Assembly: GCA_015062245.1 (NCBI GenBank)
Contig: SUVA01000003.1
Location: 21,372-85,371 of the forward strand
Length of the DNA: 64,000 bases
Direction: 5' to 3'
Source of the DNA: Alphaproteobacteria bacterium
Lineage (GTDB): Bacteria; Pseudomonadota; Alphaproteobacteria; CAAHEQ01; UBA3637
Shown here: positions 9,768-18,728 of the stretch, one piece after another
How the letters are laid out: each line of letters begins with the position of its first letter
Numbering within the stretch: position 1 is the first letter of the stretch
Translations under genes and position numbers: made by a program
Notes under the pieces: generated by a model
What the model saw: only the letters and a program-made list of their open reading frames with translations
Database searches by the model: none
What the model was told of the DNA's origin: nothing

Positions 9768-12700
9768 ATGTCTAAAACAAAGATGTTAGATGCAAACGAA
9801 GCCGCCGCTGCGGTGGCTTATAAGCTGAATGAAATGTCTATCATTTATCCGATTACCCCGTCTTCACCGATGGGTGAATGGGCCGATGCTTGGGCAGCCG
9901 GTAAGCAAACAAATATCTGGGGAAAAGTTCCGGAAGTATTGGAAATGCAATCTGAGGCCGGTGCTATTGGTGCCGTTCATGGTGCTTTGCAGGCTGGTTC
10001 TATGACCACAACATATACAGCTTCTCAGGGCTTGTTGTTGATGATTCCCAATATGTATAAAATTGCCGGTGAATTGATGCCGTTTGTGATGCATGTGGCC
10101 GCCCGTACAGTTGCCGGTCATGCTTTGTCCATCTTTGGTGATCATTCTGACGTGATGGCCTGTCGTCAAACAGGTTTTGCCATGTTGGCTTCCAATTCAG
10201 TTCAAGAAGCCCATGATATGGCTGCCGTGGCCCAAATGTCCACTTATTTATCACGCATTCCTTTTTTGCATTTCTTTGATGGTTTCCGTACATCTCATGA
10301 AATCAATAAAATCAATATGATGAGTGATGATGATTTGCGTGCTTTAATGGCCGATATCCCGACAGATTTTACCGGTAAAAACGCTTTGACACCGGATAAT
10401 CCTTCCGTACGTGGTACAGCTCAAAACCCGGATGTGTTCTTCCAAATTAAGGAAGCTGCCAATAAGTATTATCAAGCTTGCCCTGAAATTGTTGAAAAAT
10501 GTATGCGTAAGTTTGAACAAGTTATTGGTCGTTCTTATCATATTGTGGAATATTTTGGTGCACAAGATGCCGAACACGTTGTTGTGGCTATGGGTTCAGG
10601 TATTGAAACATTACAAGAAACAGTTAAAGCTTTGAATGCCAATGGTGGAAAATATGGTGTTGTGGCGGTTCGTTTGTATCGTCCTTTCCCATCCAAAGCT
10701 TTTGTGGATGCCTTGCCCGCTACTGTTAAATATATCACCGTTTTGGATAGAACAAAAGAAGCCGGCTCTGTTGGTGAACCGTTGTATTTGGATGTTGTTT
10801 CTGCATTGGCCGAAGCTGCTGTCAATGGTCATGTTATGCCAAAAGTTTTGGGCGGTCGTTATGGTATTTCTTCAAAAGAATTTACACCCGCAATGGCCAA
10901 GGCTGTTTTTGAAAACAAAGAAAAGAATCACTTTACCGTTGGTATCAATGATGACGTAACTCACGCATCTTTGGCTTATGATGCCACCTTTAATACAGAA
11001 GGTGATGATGTCAGCCGTTGTATTTTCTTTGGTTTGGGTTCCGATGGTACAGTGGGTGCCAATAAAAACTCAATCAAAATTATTGCAGATAATGATGATA
11101 CATATGGTCAGGCTTATTTCGTGTACGATTCCAAAAAATCAGGTGCGATGACAACATCTCACTTGCGTTTTGGTAAAAATCCGATTAAAGCCCCTTATTT
11201 AATTACATCTGCCAATTTTGTGGCCTGTCACCATGAACCATTCTTGCATAAGATTGATTTGTTGGCTGTTGCTGCCCCGAAATCAGTGTTTTTGTTGAAT
11301 ACACAAACACCCATTGAACACGTTTGGGATAGTTTGCCACAAGAAGTACAACAGGAAATCATTGCCAAAGAAATTAAGATGTATGCTATTGATGCTGTGG
11401 CCGTTGCCCAAAAAACAGGCATGGGTCGTCGTATCAATACAATTATGCAGGCTTGTTTCTTTGCTATTTCCGGTGTTTTACCCAAAGATGTGGCTATTGA
11501 AAAGATTAAAGCGGCCATTACGAAAACATATATGCGTAAAGGTCAGGAAGTTGTTGATGCCAATATCAAAGCGGTTGATGCCACTTTGGATCATTTGCAT
11601 GAAGTTCAAATCGGTCAAGCCAATTCAACCATTCGCCGTCAACCCGGTATTCCGGCTTATGCCCCTGAATTGTTGCAAAAAGTAACCGGTGCCATTATTG
11701 AAGGCCGTGGTGAAGAATTACCTGTCTCAGCCTTTGAATGGACAGTTGATGGTAAATGGCCAACCGATACGGCAAAATATGAAAAACGTCGTGTGGCAAC
11801 ACAAATTCCGTGCTGGGATCCTGAAACATGTATCCAATGTGGTAAATGTATTTCAGTGTGTCCGCATGCCGCTATCCGTGCCAAAGTGGCAAAAGCCGAA
11901 GCCTTAGCAAATGCACCGGCCGGCTTTAAGTCTGCTGATTACAAAACAGCTGAATTTAAAGGTGATAAGTTTGTGATTCAAGTGGCACCGGAAGATTGCA
12001 CAGGATGTACTTTGTGTACTCAGGTTTGTCCGATGAAGGCCAAAAACACATTGGTAATGGAACCGGTTGAAAAGAATTTGGATAAAGAAATCAAAAACTT
12101 TGATTTCTTTGAAAAATTGCCGGATGCCGATCGTTCAAAATTGAACACAAAGATGATTAAGAGCGTGGCCTTAATGCGTCCGTTGTTTGAATTCTCGGGT
12201 GCTTGTGCCGGTTGTGGTGAAACACCATATGTTAAAATGATGACACAATTGTTTGGTGATCGTTTGTTGGTTGCCAATGCCACAGGTTGTTCGTCTATTT
12301 ATGGTGGCAACTTGCCAACAACACCATATGCCAAAAACAAAGATGGACGTGGTCCGGCTTGGGCAAACTCTTTGTTTGAAGATAATGCTGAATTTGGTTT
12401 GGGTATGCGTACTTCCGTTGATTCCAAAACAGAATTTGCCATTCAATTGTTGTCTGAATTAAAAGACAGCATCGGTGTTGAATTGGTGGATGCCATTTTG
12501 AATGCTGACCAAACAACAGAACAGGGTATTGCCGAACAACGTGCCCGTGTTGCCTCTTTAAAAGAAAAATTGGCAGGTTTGTCTGGTGAAAAAGTTAAAT
12601 TACTTGTTGAACATGCCGATTACTTGGTCAAAAAATCCGTTTGGATTTTGGGCGGTGACGGTTGGGCCTATGATATCGGCTACGGTGGATTGGACCACGC

Positions 12701-13277
12701 CTTGTATTCAGGTAAAAACGTGAATATCATGGTGATGGATACGGAAGTGTATTCCAACACCGGCGGACAACGTTCCAAAGCCACACCGATTGGTGCCAGT
12801 GCCAAATTTGCCGTTTCGGGCAGTTCTTTGCCCCGTAAAGACTTGGGCGCTATTGCCATGAGTTCGGGTGAAGTTTATGTGGCCAGTATTGCCTTGGGTG
12901 CTAATGATATGCAGGCTTTGAAAGCTATGAATGAAGCTGAATCCTTTAACGGACCAAGTTTGATTATTGCTTACAGCCATTGTATCAACCATGGTTATGA
13001 TATCGGTAAAGATGGATTGAACCATCAACAAATGGCTGTCAAGTCAGGTTTGTGGCCTCTTTATCGCTTTGACCCGCGTTTGAAAGCAGAAGGTAAAAAT
13101 CCGTTCCAATTGGATTCTAAACCTTCCATTCCTGTGGCTGACTTTATGGCAACAGAAACACGCTTTAAGTATGTGAAACAACAAAACGCAGAAAATTACG
13201 AAAAGTTGTTGAAACAGGCTCAAGCGCAAGTGGATGAACGTTGGGCGTTCTATACAAAACTTGCCGAAGGCAAATAA
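9768..13277 (+). CDS. nifJ: Pyruvate:ferredoxin (flavodoxin) oxidoreductase, single-polypeptide type (1169 aa)
   Basis: Fused PFOR domains; two 4Fe-4S motifs (CIQCGKCISVCP, CTGCTLCTQVCP); TPP-binding GGDGWAYDIGYGGLDH; size typical of NifJ/PorA-type enzyme. Confidence 0.9.
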   Translation: MSKTKMLDANEAAAAVAYKLNEMSIIYPITPSSPMGEWADAWAAGKQTNIWGKVPEVLEMQSEAGAIGAVHGALQAGSMTTTYTASQGLLLMIPNMYKIAGELMPFVMHVAARTVAGHALSIFGDHSDVMACRQTGFAMLASNSVQEAHDMAAVAQMSTYLSRIPFLHFFDGFRTSHEINKINMMSDDDLRALMADIPTDFTGKNALTPDNPSVRGTAQNPDVFFQIKEAANKYYQACPEIVEKCMRKFEQVIGRSYHIVEYFGAQDAEHVVVAMGSGIETLQETVKALNANGGKYGVVAVRLYRPFPSKAFVDALPATVKYITVLDRTKEAGSVGEPLYLDVVSALAEAAVNGHVMPKVLGGRYGISSKEFTPAMAKAVFENKEKNHFTVGINDDVTHASLAYDATFNTEGDDVSRCIFFGLGSDGTVGANKNSIKIIADNDDTYGQAYFVYDSKKSGAMTTSHLRFGKNPIKAPYLITSANFVACHHEPFLHKIDLLAVAAPKSVFLLNTQTPIEHVWDSLPQEVQQEIIAKEIKMYAIDAVAVAQKTGMGRRINTIMQACFFAISGVLPKDVAIEKIKAAITKTYMRKGQEVVDANIKAVDATLDHLHEVQIGQANSTIRRQPGIPAYAPELLQKVTGAIIEGRGEELPVSAFEWTVDGKWPTDTAKYEKRRVATQIPCWDPETCIQCGKCISVCPHAAIRAKVAKAEALANAPAGFKSADYKTAEFKGDKFVIQVAPEDCTGCTLCTQVCPMKAKNTLVMEPVEKNLDKEIKNFDFFEKLPDADRSKLNTKMIKSVALMRPLFEFSGACAGCGETPYVKMMTQLFGDRLLVANATGCSSIYGGNLPTTPYAKNKDGRGPAWANSLFEDNAEFGLGMRTSVDSKTEFAIQLLSELKDSIGVELVDAILNADQTTEQGIAEQRARVASLKEKLAGLSGEKVKLLVEHADYLVKKSVWILGGDGWAYDIGYGGLDHALYSGKNVNIMVMDTEVYSNTGGQRSKATPIGASAKFAVSGSSLPRKDLGAIAMSSGEVYVASIALGANDMQALKAMNEAESFNGPSLIIAYSHCINHGYDIGKDGLNHQQMAVKSGLWPLYRFDPRLKAEGKNPFQLDSKPSIPVADFMATETRFKYVKQQNAENYEKLLKQAQAQVDERWAFYTKLAEGK

Positions 13278-13295
13278 GTTGAAATGATCAACCCG

Positions 13296-13327
13296 AGGCC
13301 TTCCTTAAAAAGAAGGCCTCTTTTTTA
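13296..13327 (+). terminator. Rho-independent terminator after PFOR (gaggccttc-loop-gaaggcctc + T-run)
   Basis: Perfect 9-bp stem followed by TTTTTT read directly. Confidence 0.5.
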
Positions 13328-13521
13328 ATAAGGAAATAAAATGAGTAAATTTAGATTTGGGTACTTTATGGCCATGTGGGCTATCGCTGAAGGTGAAAAA
13401 AGAAAACAAGAAGAACGCTATCATCAACGTCAAGAAAGTAAAAGAAATTTACAAAAAATCCACAAACAGAATGTTTCTAAATCATTAGGACAACATAGAT
13501 ATACGTATTTATTTAATCGTT

Positions 13522-14061
13522 CTAGATAATTTCCAATTTGATTTTATTATCTTCGTGCGTCCATTTTAGGGTGTGATTTTCTTGATTTAGCTGATGCATC
13601 AACCATTCTGCTTCTAATGTTTGAATGTCAGATGATGCCGGTGGATTATTTGATAAAATTTCAAGTATATTATTATTTAATATCAAATCGTTAGATAATA
13701 TAGTTAAAGTATTATCTGAATATAAAATTTCACCACCGGCCATGACAAATTGAAGTCCACAGGCGACCAAAGAAAGTTCTAATCGTGTATTAATTTCGCC
13801 TGAAAAAGAAATTTTTGGTCCCAATGTTTTTAAATAATCTAAAATCAGGCCCTTATCAATGGATTTTGTTTGTGTTCCGAACAATGCCCGATAATACTTT
13901 AATCTGGCCATCAGCATATCCGTATTTTGTTTTAACATTTGAGGGGCTTCATTGACAAAAGACGGATCTAAATTCATTAAATCAACCGTGCTGGATAGAG
14001 CTCCGATACCACCGGCTAAATCGTGTGAAAGTTTGACCGTTAAACACTCAGAAAAATTCAT
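13522..14061 (-). CDS. chpT: ChpT-like histidine phosphotransferase (CckA-ChpT-CtrA relay)
   Basis: N-terminal LTVKLSHDLAGGIGALSSTVDLMNLDP and later LMARLKYYRALFG parallel the ChpT/HPT motif (LCHDLISPxxAIxxGLELL ... FxRxAFG); start overlaps stop of upstream gene. Confidence 0.55.
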   Translation of the reverse strand: MNFSECLTVKLSHDLAGGIGALSSTVDLMNLDPSFVNEAPQMLKQNTDMLMARLKYYRALFGTQTKSIDKGLILDYLKTLGPKISFSGEINTRLELSLVACGLQFVMAGGEILYSDNTLTILSNDLILNNNILEILSNNPPASSDIQTLEAEWLMHQLNQENHTLKWTHEDNKIKLEII

Positions 14062-14951
14062 TGTTTTCCTTTCTTCTGTTTCATTGAATTGAAAATCTTT
14101 TGACCAATTTCATCAACATTTTCTATAAAATTGATATTGGCTTTTTCAAAGGCTAGTTTTTTTTGTTCAATGATATCCGAAAACAAAACGGATTCCATGC
14201 CAAGTAAAGGCCTTTTTGTGGAACGGTTTAAAAAACGCCCCGGTATGTAGGCAAATATCTTTTTATGTTTTTTTTGCGTTTTGATAAAATCGGCCAATTC
14301 TTGTTCCAATTGGCCATGTATTTGACCGATAATTAAAATAATTTCGGAAGTTTTATCCTTTAAAAGAGATTGAACAACGGGAACGAAAGTTGTCCCGATA
14401 AGATGATCTGTTCCCAAAGTAACACATTTTGAAACACCTAAACCCTGTTCATTTAATTGAGAAACAGCTTCATATATCAAAGAGGAGGAACGCCCGACAA
14501 TGGCAACTTTTCCGCTTTTAAATAAATGAGAGGGTAGAGTTCCGACTAAGGCTTGATCAACATTTAAAATACCGTTAGAGGATGGCCCCAAAAGTTGAAC
14601 CCCATTTTCTTTTGCAACCATTTTCATCTTTAATGCATCGTGCATGGGGACATGTTCAGTTGTGCAGATTATCAAAGGAATGCCGGCTTTCGCGGCCTGA
14701 ATAACGTCCTCTAATGCGTGGGCAGGGGTAGAAAAAATAACACTGATTTTAGGTGCGTATTTTTTTACAGCCTGTTTTACTTGATTAAAAACAGGAATTC
14801 CCATCAAATTGGTTAAATGACTTTCTTGACTGATACCTGCAACAACATTTGTTCCATATGCCAAAGCTTTTTCCAATTGATATAAGCCCATTTCACTGGT
14901 AACACCTTGAAAAATAACGGGGGTTTTTGAATTAGGAAAGCAAAACATCAA
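14058..14951 (-). CDS. Succinyl-CoA synthetase alpha (SucD)-like protein, apparently lacking the catalytic phosphohistidine
   Basis: Collinear with SucD (VIFQGVTSEMG, GISQ, IVGRSSSLIYEAV, LGTDH). At the position of the conserved KRMGHAGAII it reads KRPLLGMESVLF (no His). The CoA-contact Cys of GPNCPG is GPSSNG here. Confidence 0.6.
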   Translation of the reverse strand: MMFCFPNSKTPVIFQGVTSEMGLYQLEKALAYGTNVVAGISQESHLTNLMGIPVFNQVKQAVKKYAPKISVIFSTPAHALEDVIQAAKAGIPLIICTTEHVPMHDALKMKMVAKENGVQLLGPSSNGILNVDQALVGTLPSHLFKSGKVAIVGRSSSLIYEAVSQLNEQGLGVSKCVTLGTDHLIGTTFVPVVQSLLKDKTSEIILIIGQIHGQLEQELADFIKTQKKHKKIFAYIPGRFLNRSTKRPLLGMESVLFSDIIEQKKLAFEKANINFIENVDEIGQKIFNSMKQKKGKQ

Positions 14952-16087
14952 TATCCCTCCTTGGCTTGTTTAATAACCTCTTGAACGGCTAAATCTATTT
15001 GTGATGTATAATAAAAAGGAATAAGTGATTTTCGTAAAATGGCTTCGCCTTCCGTTGCATCCAAGCCCACCATTCGCACAACAATAGGAACGCCTATGGC
15101 GATTTCACCAGAGGCATCAACTAAGCCCTGTGCAATGTTTTTGCAACTGGTCAATCCGCCAAAGATGTTGACCAAAATGGCATCCACATCCGGTTCGGCC
15201 AAAGCCAATTTCAATGCGGTTGTGATGGATTTAATGGTTGGATTTGTTCCGACATCCAATAAACAAGCAACGGAAGCATTGTTTTTATGGATTAAATCAA
15301 CTGTGGCTAATCCCAGCCCGATTCCGTTACTTAAACAGGCAATGTTTCCGTTTAATTTCGTATATCTGAAAGCATTTTTCTTGGCTAATGCTTCCCGTTC
15401 ATGTCCTAATTTTGTTTCACGACATTGTTCCAATTCAGGAAAACGAAACAAAGAATCCGGATCAAAAACCAAACGACCGTTGACCACAATTAATTTTTCA
15501 TTTTTGCACACAACCGGACTTAATTCTATGGCCATAGCGTCATAAGATAAAAACAACTGAAATGCCTTATTTAAAATTGAAATAAATTGTTTTTTTATTC
15601 CGGCTTTTTTTAATTTTAATTTGTCACAGACTTTTTTGTAAAAATCGTTATTCAGTTTCAAATTTTCAATTTGCAAAGATAATATTTGAGAAGTATTTTG
15701 ACAGATGGAAAAAGTGATTCCTGGATTTTCAAAATCAACACGAAAAACCAAACGGCAAAAAGCATCCAATGTCGTGGCCTGTTCAATATAAAGGCGTTGT
15801 ATAGTGGAAGAAAAAACGGGGTTCGGTTCATGAAAAGATTCGCCTAAAATTAAAGTGGCGCTTTGTTCAACTTCCTGAGGTGTTGTGGCAAAAAATTTGT
15901 GTTGCAGTTCTTCATCAGTATAGGGTGGGGCAGAGGTCATCATTTGCGGTTTTAACCAAAAAGCATCGCCCCCCATTTGCTGGGCAACTTCTTTGGCCTC
16001 TTCTGGTGTATAGGTAATCTGACCGTCCAAAACAGGCAATCCTGCAGAACGAAAGATTTGCTTTACATAATATTCGTTTAATTCCAT
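14948..16087 (-). CDS. Succinyl-CoA synthetase beta (SucC)-like ATP-grasp protein with degenerate nucleotide-binding loop
   Basis: N-terminal MELNEYYVKQIF (cf. MNLHEYQAKQLF). C-terminal ligase-CoA motifs are conserved (NGNIACLSNGIGLGLATVDLI, ILVNIFGGLTSC). The GGRGKAGG ATP-binding loop is replaced by PQMMTSAPPY. Confidence 0.6.
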   Translation of the reverse strand: MELNEYYVKQIFRSAGLPVLDGQITYTPEEAKEVAQQMGGDAFWLKPQMMTSAPPYTDEELQHKFFATTPQEVEQSATLILGESFHEPNPVFSSTIQRLYIEQATTLDAFCRLVFRVDFENPGITFSICQNTSQILSLQIENLKLNNDFYKKVCDKLKLKKAGIKKQFISILNKAFQLFLSYDAMAIELSPVVCKNEKLIVVNGRLVFDPDSLFRFPELEQCRETKLGHEREALAKKNAFRYTKLNGNIACLSNGIGLGLATVDLIHKNNASVACLLDVGTNPTIKSITTALKLALAEPDVDAILVNIFGGLTSCKNIAQGLVDASGEIAIGVPIVVRMVGLDATEGEAILRKSLIPFYYTSQIDLAVQEVIKQAKEGY

Positions 16088-16137
16088 ATTCCCCTCTTTT
16101 TTACTTAATCATATAGAGATAAAAAGATATTGTCAAG

Positions 16138-17004
16138 TTATTTATCACTTAATGATTTTAATTTTTGCCAAAAAGTTTTTGGTGGATTTTTTTGAATCAA
16201 GGATGATAAAAATTCAGGCAAAGCCTTTTCCAATTCGTTCATTTCATAAAAGGTTTGAACTTTTCCGTCTTGGATTAAAGAAACATCACCCGTTTCTTCG
16301 GATACAACCAAACATAAAGCATCTGTTGTTTCGCTTAAACCGATGGCTGCACGATGACGTGTGCCGTATTTCCAACTGAGAGTTGCATCTTTTGAAAGCG
16401 GAAGAATGACGCCGGCCTTGGCAATACGATTTTGGGAACAGACAACCGCTCCGTCATGCAAAGGAGTATTGACAAAAAACAAATTTATCAAAAGCTCTGT
16501 TGAAATTTTGGCATCTAATGAGATTCCGCCTGTGCAAACGGTATTGACGGGTTCCATTCTTTCAAAAGCAATTAAAGCGCCCGTTCTGTATTTTCGCCAA
16601 TAGGCAATGGATTGTATTAAGATGTTGACTAAGCTGTCGGATAATTGTTTTCGTTTTGCTTTTGTGAAAAAGGTTACCTGATTGCCCAATAATGACATTA
16701 ATCGTCTGAGTTCGGGCTGGAAAATAATAACAGCCGATAAAATCAACAATAAAATAAAGTTTCGCAGAAGTCCGGCTAAAATTCTTAAATGAAAGAGCAT
16801 GAAAAATTCACTGATCAACCATGTAAAAACCAAAAAGAAGAGCATTCCTTTAACTGTTTTTTCGGCCGGTGAGTTTTTAACAAAGCTTTTATAACAAAAC
16901 CATAAAAAGAAGACAATAATAAATAATTGCAACAAAAAGCTGACCCATGAGAGCCCGGTGTTTCCCAATAATTCTTGCAACTCTGTTTTTAATGTGCCAA
17001 TCAT
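16138..17004 (-). CDS. cdaA: Membrane diadenylate cyclase (c-di-AMP synthase) CdaA
   Basis: Three N-terminal TM helices then IIFQPELRRLM (matches B. subtilis CdaA IIFQPELRRAL). DAC domain motifs PLHDGAVVC, RIAKAGVILPLS, YGTRHRAAIGLSETTDALCLVVSEETGDVSL. Confidence 0.8.
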   Translation of the reverse strand: MIGTLKTELQELLGNTGLSWVSFLLQLFIIVFFLWFCYKSFVKNSPAEKTVKGMLFFLVFTWLISEFFMLFHLRILAGLLRNFILLLILSAVIIFQPELRRLMSLLGNQVTFFTKAKRKQLSDSLVNILIQSIAYWRKYRTGALIAFERMEPVNTVCTGGISLDAKISTELLINLFFVNTPLHDGAVVCSQNRIAKAGVILPLSKDATLSWKYGTRHRAAIGLSETTDALCLVVSEETGDVSLIQDGKVQTFYEMNELEKALPEFLSSLIQKNPPKTFWQKLKSLSDK

Positions 17005-17095
17005 AAAAATCCCCTTTCTTTTTGTATCGTAAATAAAAAGTATGAATAAGTCAAGAAAATATCTTGCAAAAATTAAAAAAATATGCTTATATTAA

Positions 17096-18217
<1,122 letters not shown>

Positions 18218-18234
18218 TCGTATTTGCTAAAAAT

Positions 18235-18268
18235 TTAGCCCTCAAATTTATAGAGGGCTATTTTTTTG
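18235..18268 (+). terminator. Rho-independent terminator after gap (agccctc-loop-agagggct + T7)
   Basis: Read directly. Confidence 0.5.
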
Positions 18269-18383
18269 CCAACTATTACACCAAATAATAAGTATTTTTG
18301 ATAATATTTTATATTTTTAGTTGCAATATGTATGAAATATACCTATAAGTATAAAACAAACAATTTAAAAAAGGAGAAAAAAA

Positions 18384-18665
18384 ATGTTAGTTTGTAAAAA
18401 TGTTATTGTCAATGGGCGCAGAACCAGTATGCGCTTGGATCGTGAAACGTGGATATCTTTATCGGATATTTGCCAAAGGGAAGGGATCACAATTCACGAA
18501 TTGTGTTCTAAAATTGATGCCAGCAAAGGTGGATCGGGTTTATCATCGGCCACACGTTTGTTTGTGCTGACGTATTTTCGGTTTTTGTTGAATCAATACG
18601 AACACCATAATATCATGCAAAACAAAACCTTTAATCCAGAACCGGTGTTAAAACAAACGGTATAA
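18384..18665 (+). CDS. Ribbon-helix-helix (RHH_4-type) DNA-binding protein
   Basis: RTSMRLDRETWISLSDICQREGITIHELCSKIDASKGGSGLSSATRLFVLTYFR follows the alphaproteobacterial RHH_4 pattern (RSISL...ALxEIAxxxG.S...L..ID..R..GNLSSAIRVFVL); AGGAG RBS. Confidence 0.55.
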   Translation: MLVCKNVIVNGRRTSMRLDRETWISLSDICQREGITIHELCSKIDASKGGSGLSSATRLFVLTYFRFLLNQYEHHNIMQNKTFNPEPVLKQTV

Positions 18666-18683
18666 AGGTTGATATCAATATAA

Positions 18684-18712
18684 AAATCCCCCACTGCTTG
18701 GTGGGGGATAAG
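18684..18712. terminator. Bidirectional terminator hairpin (atcccccac-tgcttg-gtgggggat) between convergent genes
   Basis: Perfect 9-bp GC-rich stem flanked by A/T runs on both sides. Confidence 0.4.
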
Positions 18713-18728
18713 TGAGGTATAAATCCAC

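Noticed and set aside
13341-13529. 62-aa ORF (MSKFRFGYFMAMWAIAEGEKRKQEER...) after the PFOR terminator, with an AAGGA RBS
   Set aside because: Highly basic low-complexity product; overlaps the chpT stop region on the other strand. Kept out of the feature list for lack of support, though a real small protein cannot be excluded.
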